Positions 12,018-22,940 are shown, counted from the stretch's first letter. The stretch: 64,000 bases of DNA from an uncultured delta proteobacterium (GCA_963848135.1 CAWKCK010000001.1:1-64000), one strand, 5' to 3'. Notes: generated from the sequence alone by a model not told the origin. Program-made: numbers and translations.

Positions 12018-13464
12018 ATGAAAAGTAAAACATCGAATGCCATGCGTGCCGTTCGCTTGATGCTCTGGTTTTTTGCAGGCTTTAGCACTTGTATCGTGCG
12101 CCAGCCGGCCGATCAACGCACCGATCACCCAGGTCGATCCCAGGAGCGGTTACCGTCCCTATCTCTTGATACCGAAGCGCCAAAATAACGACCAGCATAC
12201 GCTCTTCGTTCTTTCGTTCTCAGGCGGCGGTACGCGGGCAGCGGCGTTCTCATATGGGGTCTTAGAAGAACTCCGCCGCACAAAAATCATTGTCAATGGT
12301 GAGCACCGTCGGCTGATTGATGAAGTCGATCTGATTACAGGCGTGTCGGGGGGAAGCTTCACGGCACTCGCTTACGCTCTTTACGGCGACCGGTTATTTT
12401 CCGAGTACGAGGAGCGTTTCCTCAAACGCAACGTGCAGGGTGCCCTGACCCGGCGTATCATGAATCCGTTCAACTGGTGGAAATTCATCGGCGGAAGCGC
12501 CGGCCGTTCCGAACTCGCCGCCGATTACTACGACGAGATCCTGTTCGAGGAAGCGACCTTCGGTGATCTTCTCGACAAGCAGGCGCCGTTTGCGGTCGCC
12601 ACCGGGACGGATCTATCGACCGGATCGCGACTGGCGTTTTTCCAGAACGACTTCGACCTGCTCTGTACGGACTTGAACAAGGTTCGACTCTCGCGAGCGG
12701 CGGCCACATCGTCCGCAGTCCCGATCGTTTTGTCGCCGGTGACGTTCAACAACTATGGCGGAAATTGCGGTTACCAGTACCCGGCCTGGGTGGCCAGTGT
12801 CGCCGACCCCGAAACCCGGAGCCGTCCGTCCGCGCGCGCGTACCAGCGTTATCTCGAGATGCAGGACTTCCAGAACAGCAAGGATCGCCCCTTCATCCAC
12901 CTTGTCGACGGCGGCGTGTCGGACAACATCGGGGTGCGGGGAGTCCTGGAAGCGTTGGAGGAACTTGCTGCGAGCGCGGATTCCGCGGAGAGGTCGGTTT
13001 CGGTGTTGTTCGACGGATCGTGTTGATGATCGTCAACTCCCACTCGTCCCCCAGCACGGACTGGGACCGCCGGGAGTCGCCTCCCGGTACCGTCGGTCAA
13101 CTGCTGCAGGCATCCGGCGTGCCGATCGAACGCTATTCCTTCGAAACCGTCGAGACCATGAAGGATCGCGCCGAGATCGGATAGTGGCGCCGCGAACTGC
13201 TCGTAGCCCAGGCACGTCTTGCGGGAGCGACCGAGGCGGAGGCGGAGTCGCGCGTTCCGAAAATCTCTCTGCAAGTTCTCGACGTGAGCTTCGATGCCAT
13301 TGCCGACCCGAAGGAACGCGCCTACTTTCATGAATCTGCCCACAAGCTTCGTGCTTCCGCCCGAAGCCATCGACCGGCTAAGCGAGGTTGCCGGCAGGCT
13401 GCTGCGCCAGTCAGCCGAATACGAGACAATCGTGCGTGAATTTGGTGGATCGCCCGGCGAATAG
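12018..13464 (+). CDS. Patatin-like phospholipase, frameshifted with one in-frame TAG
   Basis: SFSGGGTRAAA, GVSGG nucleophile elbow, DGG motif; C-terminal pieces in shifted frames end at TAG 13464. Confidence 0.85.
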
Positions 13465-13824
13465 CCCTGGCAGCAGTTGAAATTCAGCATTAGCAAGGAT
13501 CCGCTCTTCCGTTTCTCGGTCAATTTGTATGACGCCCCGCGGTGTCGCTGCAAGAATTTACCAAATACTAACAGGATTTAATTATCAAGGAGCTGCTCAC
13601 CGTGAACCGCTCCAGCATCCGTGAGCCGGTGGCCGGGCAGGTTTACGCCGCCCCGTGGTTGCAGTCCAGAGCCGCGCACTGGCCAAACTCAGCCATGAGA
13701 TTGTCGAAGCGATTCATGCGGCGAGCCGGAAGCAACCCAGGAATTAAATCTTAACGGTCGCTTTTTGGCGTTAAAAACAGTACGCTAAGCTAAAAATCGA
13801 CCCATAACAGAGAGGATTGAATAA

Positions 13825-14850
13825 ATGGTATCCAGACGAAGAGTACTTCAAGGCATGGCCGCCGCAACGTTCCTGGGCCTGTGCCCTCCCCTTTGGGCAA
13901 CTAAGCAAACTGGCCACTTTCTTAAGCCTGGCGAGAAACTGAAGCCTGGCGAATATGTGTGGGAACCCGAATTGTCGCCGGAGGGGCCGGTCGTCGTGCT
14001 GGTGTCGCTGACGGAACAGATGGCACATGTCTATCGCAACGGCCTGGAGATTGGTGTAACCACCGTATCAACAGGACGTAAAGGACATCGTACACCGACA
14101 GGAGTATTTGTGATCCTTCAGAAAGACAAGCACCACCATTCCAGCATTTACCATAACGCATCCATGCCAAACACCCAGCGATTAACCTGGGGCGGAATTT
14201 GTCTGCATGCGGGTGGTTTACCCGGCTACCCCAGTTCACACGGCTGCGTTCATTTGCCCCTGGAATTTTCCGCCGAACTGTTCGAAATCACGCACCTGGG
14301 AACGACGGTGATCATCGCCGATGAATCTACGGCTCCCGCCGACGTTGTGCATCCAGGCATTATTCTCAGTGGCGATGCCGACCAGATGATTGCCCAGGAA
14401 CAAGCCCGGGAGCGCAGAAAGGCGCATAAGGCGGTGCCCAATGCAGCCGGAGACCATCCAAATCGTGTGCCGATTGCCTCGGTCGTAGCAAGCGGCGCGG
14501 ATCAAAAATCCTATTTACTAAAAGACGGTGAAATCGTTAATCAGAAAACGATCACCATTGCCAATCCCGATAAGCCTCTGGGTACCCATGTCATGGTGCT
14601 AAAAACACTTGAAGGCAAACACCCATCCTGGAGTTCAGCGTCGATTCGCCATGCGAAATCTAATGCTGCAGTGCAGTCCACGGATAACGCAACCCTTAAT
14701 CGAATCAAATTCGACCCTGCGTTTGTTAATCAGGCGCTTGAGGCGATGCATCCGGGCATGCAGTTGATGATTACGGATCTTGCCGCAGGCCCAGAAACCC
14801 GATCAGAAAGTGATTTTGTCATCGTCACATCGGAGTTTGTTCAGTCTTAG
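13825..14850 (+). CDS. L,D-transpeptidase (YkuD family) with Tat-like signal
   Basis: SRRRVL twin-arginine motif; TPTGVF; LHAGGLPGYPSSHGCVHL catalytic motif. Confidence 0.9.
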   Translation: MVSRRRVLQGMAAATFLGLCPPLWATKQTGHFLKPGEKLKPGEYVWEPELSPEGPVVVLVSLTEQMAHVYRNGLEIGVTTVSTGRKGHRTPTGVFVILQKDKHHHSSIYHNASMPNTQRLTWGGICLHAGGLPGYPSSHGCVHLPLEFSAELFEITHLGTTVIIADESTAPADVVHPGIILSGDADQMIAQEQARERRKAHKAVPNAAGDHPNRVPIASVVASGADQKSYLLKDGEIVNQKTITIANPDKPLGTHVMVLKTLEGKHPSWSSASIRHAKSNAAVQSTDNATLNRIKFDPAFVNQALEAMHPGMQLMITDLAAGPETRSESDFVIVTSEFVQS

Positions 14851-14901
14851 AGAGAAATTCCATGTGTCTCATTAAAGCCTGCTTTAACGTTTAATTTTCT
14901 A

Positions 14902-15594
14902 TCAACTATTATCTTTAGGCTTTTTCACTAAACCCAGTGTCACCATGGATAGTGCTGCCCATGCGGCGTTTGATCCCGCCTTTTTTTGGATTTCGCGGCT
15001 GCAGTCATAGATCCGGGAAGAATAGGCGGATTCGATCGGTTTGAGTAAGGTCACTATTTCAGACAGTTCTTTCTGGATCGACTGAAAGTCATCATTCCTC
15101 GTAATTCCCTGCCGAAGTAAGTCCAACCGTTCGATGAGGCCAGATCTTTTTGCATCAAAATCTTTGTCATCCAGCACGTTTTCGGTTTCCTTGATATACC
15201 CGATGGCTCTTTCTATCAGGCTGTCCGCTTCTTCCGGGTCTGCCGGTTTCGTCTCCTTGCTGTCGAGCATCTTTTTCTTGTGGAGGGCATTGATCGCCCC
15301 GCCCTCATCGAGGGCACCGAATTCTTCATCTATGAAAGGTTTCCGGCCGATGCTGGAGACGGCGCTGCCCCACTTTTCCAATTCCTGTTGCAATATAACC
15401 ATTTCCTGGTACGCTGGCTCACCTTCGATATTTTCCTTGTAGCTATTGAATAATTCAAACGCCATGAATCCCACACCGATGACACCGCCGGCCCGGGCGA
15501 AAAACTTCCCGCCGGTGCCCAGTCTACCGATGGTTTTCGGACCCAATCCTTTGGCAATGTTTTCTGCCGCCATTTTCCAATAGGTCGCTGCCAT
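14902..15594 (-). CDS. Hypothetical protein
   Basis: 230-aa ORF with SD AAAGGAG; no recognised family. Confidence 0.7.
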   Translation of the reverse strand: MAATYWKMAAENIAKGLGPKTIGRLGTGGKFFARAGGVIGVGFMAFELFNSYKENIEGEPAYQEMVILQQELEKWGSAVSSIGRKPFIDEEFGALDEGGAINALHKKKMLDSKETKPADPEEADSLIERAIGYIKETENVLDDKDFDAKRSGLIERLDLLRQGITRNDDFQSIQKELSEIVTLLKPIESAYSSRIYDCSREIQKKAGSNAAWAALSMVTLGLVKKPKDNS

Positions 15595-15646
15595 AGATAA
15601 TCTCCTTTGCTTTTCAGGTTATTGGTTTTCTAAAAATTGAGCGATT

Positions 15647-16978
15647 TCACGATGGCTTCTTTAAATAATAGAACAGCGCCGCTTGAATGAAAAGGCCAAC
15701 GGTAGTCAAACCGGCGGCGGCAGCGAATGACATCTGATAGGCCCAGTTTTGAGGGTGACCGGCAGAAATTAACCCGTCTACGAGAGGGCCAGCGATCAGA
15801 GTCCCTCCTAAACCAAAGCTTAGGAAAAAAGTGCCGTTGAACCAGGCGAACAACCGGCCCCGCTTCTCTGGCGGTATCAATGTGGATGCGATGGTGTATG
15901 CGGCGGCCATAATGAGTGCATCGCCAACGCCTCGGAAAAAAGAACTTGCGTAGATCACCGGCACGGATGTCGTCAGGACCAGAAGAAGCAGTGCGGCAAT
16001 CGCCGTCACCGTTCCGGTCAATAGGGTCGTACCGTTTCCCAGACGCCGGCAGATTGAGCCCGCCATCCATCCCAGAACCACGATCGAAAGGGACTGCGTA
16101 TTCATGATGTGGGCGAGGGTCTTGCTGTTTACGTCTAAACCTGATGTCAAGGTCAAGTACTGCGCGAAAATGATAGCGATCGAGTTGCGCCCAAAATTTA
16201 TAAACACCATTCCTGCTAAAAAGACAATGTAGACGGCGTTCGATAGGGGGCTGCCGTCAGATTGAGGATTTTGGCGGGAAGGCGTGGGGTTTAACCCGAT
16301 ACCGCCTTCGGGGAGAAAAAAGAGGGGGATGGTGGAAATGAACATTACACCTGCAGCGATAAAAAAAAGCAATCCCTCATTAAACCCCCAACCCGCGTAT
16401 CTAAGTCCCATGCCGTCGTAGAGAAGGCCGCCAATCCAGATCCCGGCCATACGGCCCAGTCCCCCCATGCTGGAGAGCCGGCCTTGAATGCGGCTGCGCT
16501 CTTTTTCATCGTAAATGTCTGATACCAGTGCACTCCAACTGATGTTGGACATTGACCAGAAAAGTTCGATTACCGTAAGGCCGATGATTATAGCGTAACC
16601 TGACGCCACCGGGTCGCTGAAGCACCGATGGACATACCAGATGATAACGGTGCCGACGGCGGCCAGAAGTTCACCGACAATGATCAAGGTTCGACGCAGT
16701 TGAAAGCGATCTGAGATTTTACCCCACAAAAATGTCTGCGCCAGTACGTTCAAGACCATGGGTAGGGTGGCAAATAGAGTGGTCTCCGTGACACTCAAAC
16801 CCAGATAGTGCCGCAGATAGATGGAAAGATAGGCGTAGAAAAGGCCACGGCGAAACATCGCCAGCATTTCAAACGACGACAAACCGATAAAAGTACGCAA
16901 GGTTGCTATGGGCAAGGCGGCCTCTTTCCGCAAATGGTCGTATGACATCAGAGAGCGCTCGATATTGTCATCAGCCAT
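15647..16978 (-). CDS. MFS transporter
   Basis: About 12 hydrophobic segments; WGKISDRFQLRR motif A. Confidence 0.88.
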   Translation of the reverse strand: MADDNIERSLMSYDHLRKEAALPIATLRTFIGLSSFEMLAMFRRGLFYAYLSIYLRHYLGLSVTETTLFATLPMVLNVLAQTFLWGKISDRFQLRRTLIIVGELLAAVGTVIIWYVHRCFSDPVASGYAIIIGLTVIELFWSMSNISWSALVSDIYDEKERSRIQGRLSSMGGLGRMAGIWIGGLLYDGMGLRYAGWGFNEGLLFFIAAGVMFISTIPLFFLPEGGIGLNPTPSRQNPQSDGSPLSNAVYIVFLAGMVFINFGRNSIAIIFAQYLTLTSGLDVNSKTLAHIMNTQSLSIVVLGWMAGSICRRLGNGTTLLTGTVTAIAALLLLVLTTSVPVIYASSFFRGVGDALIMAAAYTIASTLIPPEKRGRLFAWFNGTFFLSFGLGGTLIAGPLVDGLISAGHPQNWAYQMSFAAAAGLTTVGLFIQAALFYYLKKPS

Positions 16979-17439
16979 TTGTAATTGGACATCGATTTTA
17001 CAAGTCAGAGAGACGTTTTCGGAGGATTTGTGGCCGTCGGATTCTGTCCGGTCATCCCTTTGCTATGAATAGATTTCTTAAAATCATCAGTTTAAATAAC
17101 GGCTATGACCCTTTGTTGCTTGTACCACCATATTCCCGTACAGTCGAGGGATCTCTGGCCCCTTTTAGGGTGGGCTGTTTGGTGTCGCCAATAGAAAACG
17201 ATGAAGTGGCTATCTACAAAGTGGTTTTATTTCTGCTTCTGTTTTCTTGACATCCCCTGTGTGGGTATTTTCAAATACTAATGTCTTATTACCACCGATT
17301 TCTTGCCCCTCAACTCGGGGAATCCAGCGGCGTGAATTTTTCCGGCTTGCGTATCTATTTGATACCTGCCATCATTTGGTCGAGTACTGGGGGTACGCGC
17401 AATCACCACCAATAGAATCAGAGAGCAGGGAGAATAAAA

Positions 17440-18276
17440 GTGCCGATCTATTTAGATAGACATGATCTTTTCGGGTCATTGGCTGAAGCTGTGAGCGATG
17501 CGCACCAGAAGGACTTAAAACTGCAGGATAAATACGGCGTCAAAATGCTAACTTACTGGTTTGACGAAAACCGTGGATCGACTTTCTGCCTGGTTGACGC
17601 GCCTGCTGAAGAGGCCGTTCGGCAGTTGCATGCGGAGGCACACGGCGCTATTCCACATAAAATAATGGAAGTCAATCCTGAAACCGTCAAGGCATTTCTG
17701 GGTCGGATAGAGGATCCCCAGCCACCCGCCGGGTTTCATTCGTCAACGGATCACATCCAGGTCGATTCGGCCTTCCGTGCAATTATGTTTACAGACATGA
17801 AAGGATCCACGGCCTTAACGAATCGCTTGGGCGATATCAATGCTTTGGAAGTATTTCGCTCCCACAATGCGATTACCCGCGAAGCGCTGAAGTCACACAG
17901 CGGAAGAGAAGTACAACACACAGGTGACGGCTTTTTGACCTCCTTTACATCGACCTCGTTGGCTGTGTCTTGTGCGATTGCCATCAACCACGCATTTGCT
18001 GCCCGTAACGCGATCAAACGCGACACAATGATACAGGTTCGAACCGGTATTTGTGCCGGAGAGCCCGTTGAGGAAGACAATCGGCTATTCGGTTCTGCCG
18101 TTTTGCTTGCCTCACGACTCTGCGATTACGCTGAACCGAACCAGATTCTGGTCGCTCCGGTCGTCAAAGAGCTTTGTATGGGCAAAGGGTTTACTTTTTT
18201 AGATCGGGGAGAGACACAGTTCAAGGGCTTCGATCAACCCCAGCGGGTCTTTGAGGTGGATTGGCAAACGGGCTGA
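17440..18276 (+). CDS. DUF4242 (SCO4226-like) domain fused to class III nucleotide cyclase domain
   Basis: AHQKDL...TYWFD...FCLVDAP...HAEAHG N-domain; IMFTDMKGST, TGDGF, VRTGICAGEP. Confidence 0.85.
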   Translation: MPIYLDRHDLFGSLAEAVSDAHQKDLKLQDKYGVKMLTYWFDENRGSTFCLVDAPAEEAVRQLHAEAHGAIPHKIMEVNPETVKAFLGRIEDPQPPAGFHSSTDHIQVDSAFRAIMFTDMKGSTALTNRLGDINALEVFRSHNAITREALKSHSGREVQHTGDGFLTSFTSTSLAVSCAIAINHAFAARNAIKRDTMIQVRTGICAGEPVEEDNRLFGSAVLLASRLCDYAEPNQILVAPVVKELCMGKGFTFLDRGETQFKGFDQPQRVFEVDWQTG

Positions 18277-18360
18277 AGAGCCTACGAACCAATTTAAACC
18301 TAATTTGAGCGATTTTTGACTCGCGCTGCACCCCTCTATTGCCCATCAAGGGCCTGTGCC

Positions 18361-18451
18361 AATCCTCGACATAGCCATGGGTATGCCTGCGGGTAGATCG
18401 ACGGTCTCGCCTTGATCTCGAACGAAAATCCTAATTTTAAGATACCTTCTA
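18361..18451 (-). mobile_element. Partial MITE-like element, same family as 46807-47019
   Basis: Reverse complement shares AAAATTAGGATTTTCG-TCGAGATCAAGGCGAGACCG and CCCGCAGGCA...TATGTCGAGGA with 46807-46945. Confidence 0.75.
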
Positions 18452-18465
18452 ATAAGGAGGGAGCG

Positions 18466-18852
18466 ATGCCTGTATTTGTCGTCCGGCTGGGAAGTCCGCG
18501 TTTGGAAGGGGAAGGGTTGCGTATCGGGACGGTGCGAAGGCCGCCGCGAGGAGTTCCGAAGGCCGAGTTTGCATCTCGTAACTTTTACGATGTCTGGTTT
18601 CCCGAACTTGCGCCCAGTGAAGAATTGCTCAAGGCCGGACAAGCGGTCAAGGGCGAGAAGAGCTGGCGCACGTTTGTCAGACGTTACCGCGCCGAAATGA
18701 AACCGGCGGCTAAATGCCGCACCCTCGATCTTCTTGCGGCGTTGTCACGGCAGACCAATTTTTCGGTGGGATGCTATTGTGCCGACGAACAGCGTTGCCA
18801 TCGGTCTATATTGCGCGAGCTTCTGGCCGAACGCGGGGCACAGTTCGATTAA
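18466..18852 (+). CDS. DUF488 family protein
   Basis: SD AAGGAGG; RIGTVRRPPRGVPK, WFPELAPS, GCYC...CHRSIL. Confidence 0.88.
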   Translation: MPVFVVRLGSPRLEGEGLRIGTVRRPPRGVPKAEFASRNFYDVWFPELAPSEELLKAGQAVKGEKSWRTFVRRYRAEMKPAAKCRTLDLLAALSRQTNFSVGCYCADEQRCHRSILRELLAERGAQFD

Positions 18853-18886
18853 CCGGAAGTCTGCTTCCGCTCAAATAGTTACGGTA

Positions 18887-19600
18887 TCATTCTTTTTCGA
18901 CCGGAAAGGTCATGGTGGCGCCAAACCATCCGATGACCGACACGATCGGAACAAACGATAAAACCAGAAACAGATAGACAGTGTTTGCCCCCTGGGGACC
19001 GGTCATGACGTCTGGGTTAGCGAGCCGCCAGACAAAAACGACGATGCCAATGACGACCAATGCCGTGGAAAGTGGAATCTTTATTGCGATCGGTTTCATC
19101 ATTTTGGCCATATAGTTGTACCACCAGGTAAACAATCCAGTGACGATGGCTACCACGCCGAAAATGATACCACCGGCCAAGCAGTGCAGGGCGGTCGTTT
19201 CAAACGAGCCTTCGCCAGTCAGCAAATAGAGTATGTTGAAAAACGGATTGGAGAGAAAGAAAACGATCGGAAAATGAACCGTCATCGGGTGGGGATGGCG
19301 GCGGAAAAAAGGATTTTTTTCCAGCAACCAGGCAGCGAATTTCGGCAGTTTTACTTCGGGGGCTTTCTCCTTTATCAGAGTTCCGACCTGGGCGTAACGA
19401 TCCAATACTTCGGTACCGTGGGGAGCGGCCTGGATATCGGTGGTCAGATCCATACCGGCATTGTGGCGGCGCATATGCGTGCCGCCCTTCCAGAGCTTGC
19501 TTTCAGAGACATCGTATACTTTCTCACCGTGAACGATGTAGGTTGGCTTCCCGTCTTGACCATTGTATTCGACAAGTTCCTGGGGGCTATATTCCTTCAT
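18887..19600 (-). CDS. Cytochrome b5-like heme/steroid-binding domain fused to DUF2231 membrane domain
   Basis: YNGQDGKPTYI...VYDVS..LWKGGTH..HNAG.DLT..APHG; HPMTVHFPI plus four TM helices. Confidence 0.85.
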   Translation of the reverse strand: MKEYSPQELVEYNGQDGKPTYIVHGEKVYDVSESKLWKGGTHMRRHNAGMDLTTDIQAAPHGTEVLDRYAQVGTLIKEKAPEVKLPKFAAWLLEKNPFFRRHPHPMTVHFPIVFFLSNPFFNILYLLTGEGSFETTALHCLAGGIIFGVVAIVTGLFTWWYNYMAKMMKPIAIKIPLSTALVVIGIVVFVWRLANPDVMTGPQGANTVYLFLVLSFVPIVSVIGWFGATMTFPVEKE

Positions 19601-19624
19601 GGGCAGGCACCTCCGATATTCAAT

Positions 19625-20572
19625 TCAGAGCAGAATGTAAGCGACAACGGCAACGAGCATCACCAGCGGGTAATAGCTGGCACGGTTGAACAGAATCATG
19701 GCATGGCGGCGCTGCTGGGAGTGGTACAGTTGCAGGACCGGAGGCAGCATCAGTCCGGCTCCGGCGATAAGGCTGGCCAGCGCGAAAAGGGGTTGAAACC
19801 CGATGGCCGAGATCCCGATCAGCGCGGGATTGATGAGAAGGGCCATTAAGATGGTAAAAACCGCCAGGGTGGCCGCGTTATGAGGGCCGACGCGAACGGG
19901 CACGGTTTGGGCACCCAACCGGCGGTCTTCCTCGATATCGGCCCAATCGGCGGGTATGTTCTGGCCGCCGATTTCCCATGAGAAAAGCCAAAGAAATAGG
20001 ATAACAACGTAGATTAGCGACGGGTTCGGATCGACGGCAAATACCGCTGCAACGGCACCGGAGGTTTTGACACCGCCGCTGATAACGATTCGAAACGGGC
20101 TGATCCGGTGCATCAGGCAGTAAACGGTTTCCAGGGCGCAGCCGGCCAGAAATATGATGACGCAGACAGGGTTGAGGAGATAGGCCCCGATCATGGCCAC
20201 TGCCGACCAGCCCAGAGCCCAGGTCAGACCCTCTGACAGGCTCAACAAACCCTGGGCCATAGGGTGGCGCACCATGGCGGCATCCAGATAACTGTCAGCT
20301 TCCCGCAGCCCGCCGGCTATCCGGGCCTTTTCTCGGTCGACACGGTAATCGATGACGTCATTGAGGGCATACACCGCCGTGTAACCCGCAAAGACGGTAA
20401 TGAGGCCAAGTGCGGATATGTATAAGGAGGGGAAGGCGCCCAACCACAAAAGGGCGCCGTATACCGGGGTGGTCATGTCGAGCAGGCCGTGAGGAGTCCT
20501 GGATAGCGCCAAAAAAAGCAATATGCGCGACATGCCGGTAGCATTGCGATTCTGAACCGAAGCGTTATCCAA
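19625..20572 (-). CDS. UbiA-family prenyltransferase
   Basis: NDVIDYRVD and DWADIEED Asp-rich motifs, multiple TM helices. Confidence 0.88.
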   Translation of the reverse strand: MDNASVQNRNATGMSRILLFLALSRTPHGLLDMTTPVYGALLWLGAFPSLYISALGLITVFAGYTAVYALNDVIDYRVDREKARIAGGLREADSYLDAAMVRHPMAQGLLSLSEGLTWALGWSAVAMIGAYLLNPVCVIIFLAGCALETVYCLMHRISPFRIVISGGVKTSGAVAAVFAVDPNPSLIYVVILFLWLFSWEIGGQNIPADWADIEEDRRLGAQTVPVRVGPHNAATLAVFTILMALLINPALIGISAIGFQPLFALASLIAGAGLMLPPVLQLYHSQQRRHAMILFNRASYYPLVMLVAVVAYILL

Positions 20573-20728
20573 AAATCCAATCCTGACGATACCGTGGAAA
20601 TTCCAATAGAGCTTTGCGGCGTGATTTCAGGCTGCCAATGCAGCGATGCCTGTATTTTGCCTCTGATCGAGGCCAGCCTTTATCTGATCCAATGGCGGCC
20701 GTTTCCCTATCACCGGGACGTCCTGAAT

Positions 20729-20938
20729 CTATTTGTCCTCCTGCAGCCGGCACTCCTGATCCCATTCCGGGCAGGCGGTTTTCATTTCCGTCTCGTACTG
20801 GAGCATGCATTCGCCGCATTCCATTTCGACATTGGGCAGATCACCGTAACGTTCTTTCATCTCTTCAGCCGAGAGGGCCGTTGCGCCACTGCATCCGCAT
20901 TGGGGGCAGGCTGTTTTAATCCGAAACTTTTTCGTCAT
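20729..20938 (-). CDS. Small Cys-rich protein (CxxCxC...CxxC, zinc-ribbon-like)
   Basis: SD GGAGGA, 69 aa, CPQCGC and CGEC; start overlaps fumC end. Confidence 0.75.
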   Translation of the reverse strand: MTKKFRIKTACPQCGCSGATALSAEEMKERYGDLPNVEMECGECMLQYETEMKTACPEWDQECRLQEDK

Positions 20939-22323
20939 TTTTTCCTCCAGAATCAACAGGTTCCAAGATCCGATTTAGAAGCTCTCCGGAAACAATCTTC
21001 AGTTCGAGCGCCACTTCACGCACGGTTTGTCCGGTCTCAAAGGCCTTTTTAGCAACAGCGGCTGCTTTTTCATAGCCGATATGGGGGACCAAACCGGTGA
21101 CCATGGCCAGGCTTCTTTCAATGTTGGCGGCACATCGTTCACGGTTGGCCGTCACTCCCCTTATACACTTTTCGGCGAAAACATCAACACCCGAACCCAG
21201 CAACTGAATCGACTGTAGAAGGTTGTGGGTGATCAACGGAATCATGACATTGAGCTCAAAATTACCGGACTGGCCACCCACGGTAATCGCCGCATCGTTT
21301 CCCACAACCTGTGCCGCCACTTGCAGGAGCATCTCCGGGATGACCGGGTTCACCTTTCCCGGCATGATAGACGAGCCGGGCTGCAGGGAGGGAAGAGTGA
21401 TTTCCCCGAGTCCGCAGCGCGGTCCGGAGGCGAGCCATCGGATATCATTAGCGATCTTGACCAGGCTGACGGCCAGGGTTTTGAGTTGGCCGCTGGTCGC
21501 CACAGCCGCGTCCCGTGCCGCCTGGGCTTCAAAATGGTTTTCAGCCTCGATAAAGGTTAGGCCTGTCCGCTTGGCGATTAGGTCGATCACCCGGCCGGCA
21601 AACTCCGGGTGGGCATTCAGGCCGGTGCCCACCGCCGTGCCGCCCAAGGCCAGCTCCATCAGTTGTTCTTCTGCGGCGGCTATGCGGTGAAGTCCCAGTG
21701 CGATTTGGCGGGCATAACCGCTGAACTCCTGCCCGAGCGTCATGCGCACGGCATCTTGCAGGTGGGTGCGTCCAATCTTTTGCACATCGGCAAATTCTGT
21801 GGCTTTTTCGATCAGAATCCGGTGCAATTTTTCCAGTGCCGGTGTCAAGGTCTGCCGGATGGCGGTTGCGGCGGAGATGTGGAGGGCTGTGGGGATGACA
21901 TCGTTGCTCGATTGCCCCTGGTTGACATGATCGTTGGGGTGGACGGGTGATCGGCTGGCCTTTTTCTGAGTCAGGATTTCATTGGCGCGGGTGGCCAACA
22001 CCTCATTCATATTCATATTGGTCGAGGTGCCGGAGCCTGTCTGGAAGACGTCCACGACAAACTGGTCGCTATATTTTCCCTGCGCGACTTCCCGGGCCGC
22101 CTGGATGATGGCTTGGGCCAAGCTGGCCATCCAAAAGGCCGAGGTCGGCATTCACGGCAGCGGCGCACTCTTTTATGAGCGCCAACGACTGGATGAAGAC
22201 CGGGGAAAAGGTTTGACCGCTGATGGGGAAATTCTCCACCGCCCGCTGGGTTTGCGCGCCGTAATAGGCGTCTGCGGGGATGCGCACAGCGCCCATAGTG
22301 TCTTTTTCTTCGCGATAGTTCAT
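20916..22323 (-). CDS. fumC: Class II fumarate hydratase, frameshift near 22130
   Basis: [58 protein letters not shown]. Confidence 0.93.
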
Positions 22324-22373
22324 CTCAGGGTTCTCTCAGGGGACAGGGTCAAGGGGACGGTTCAATTTTCGGG

Positions 22374-22634
22374 CTATCGATCACGCGGTATCCTTTCGAT
22401 ATTGCCTCTGAGTTGGGCGATTTGGATGCTGAGACTAACGCAATGCTTGTTCAACATACACAGTTCCGCATCGCTGTCTTCCAGATAGGTCTTCAGTTCG
22501 TGATTGTCTTTTTTCAGCTCGACGGTCCAGGCTTTCTGATCTTCGTTGTATTCGACATCCACATCGATACCGCATTCTCCGATATCAGGGTAGATGGACC
22601 GAATTTTTTCGCACAGTTCCGATTTATCAATCAT
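22374..22634 (-). CDS. Small hypothetical protein
   Basis: SD AAGGAGG, 86 aa with four Cys. Confidence 0.75.
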   Translation of the reverse strand: MIDKSELCEKIRSIYPDIGECGIDVDVEYNEDQKAWTVELKKDNHELKTYLEDSDAELCMLNKHCVSLSIQIAQLRGNIERIPRDR

Positions 22635-22940
22635 GGAAACCTCCTTTTTTACCGTTGCCGCCGCAGTGGTGCTTCGATGTCACACTTCGGCTGCGTGCAT
22701 GAGTATATCTATCAAAATAATGGCCGAACCTCTGCCCGTCAAGCAGTCAGCCCTTTCGAACGATCACTGGCTTTCTTGCAGCCGTGTCGTGTCCAGAACG
22801 TTCACCCGCATCTTTCATGAACATTTTTCAGCAGATCTGCAAAAAAAAACATAATATCAACGGGTTAAATTATATTCTGTCGGTAAGTTTCGGTGTGCAT
22901 TTTGTATCCCAACAATCGGATCAAAAATGCTAAAAAATAT

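Noticed and set aside
13182..13184. In-frame TAG in patatin as possible pyrrolysine
   Set aside because: The gene has several other frame errors and patatins are not known Pyl proteins; a substitution or read error is simpler
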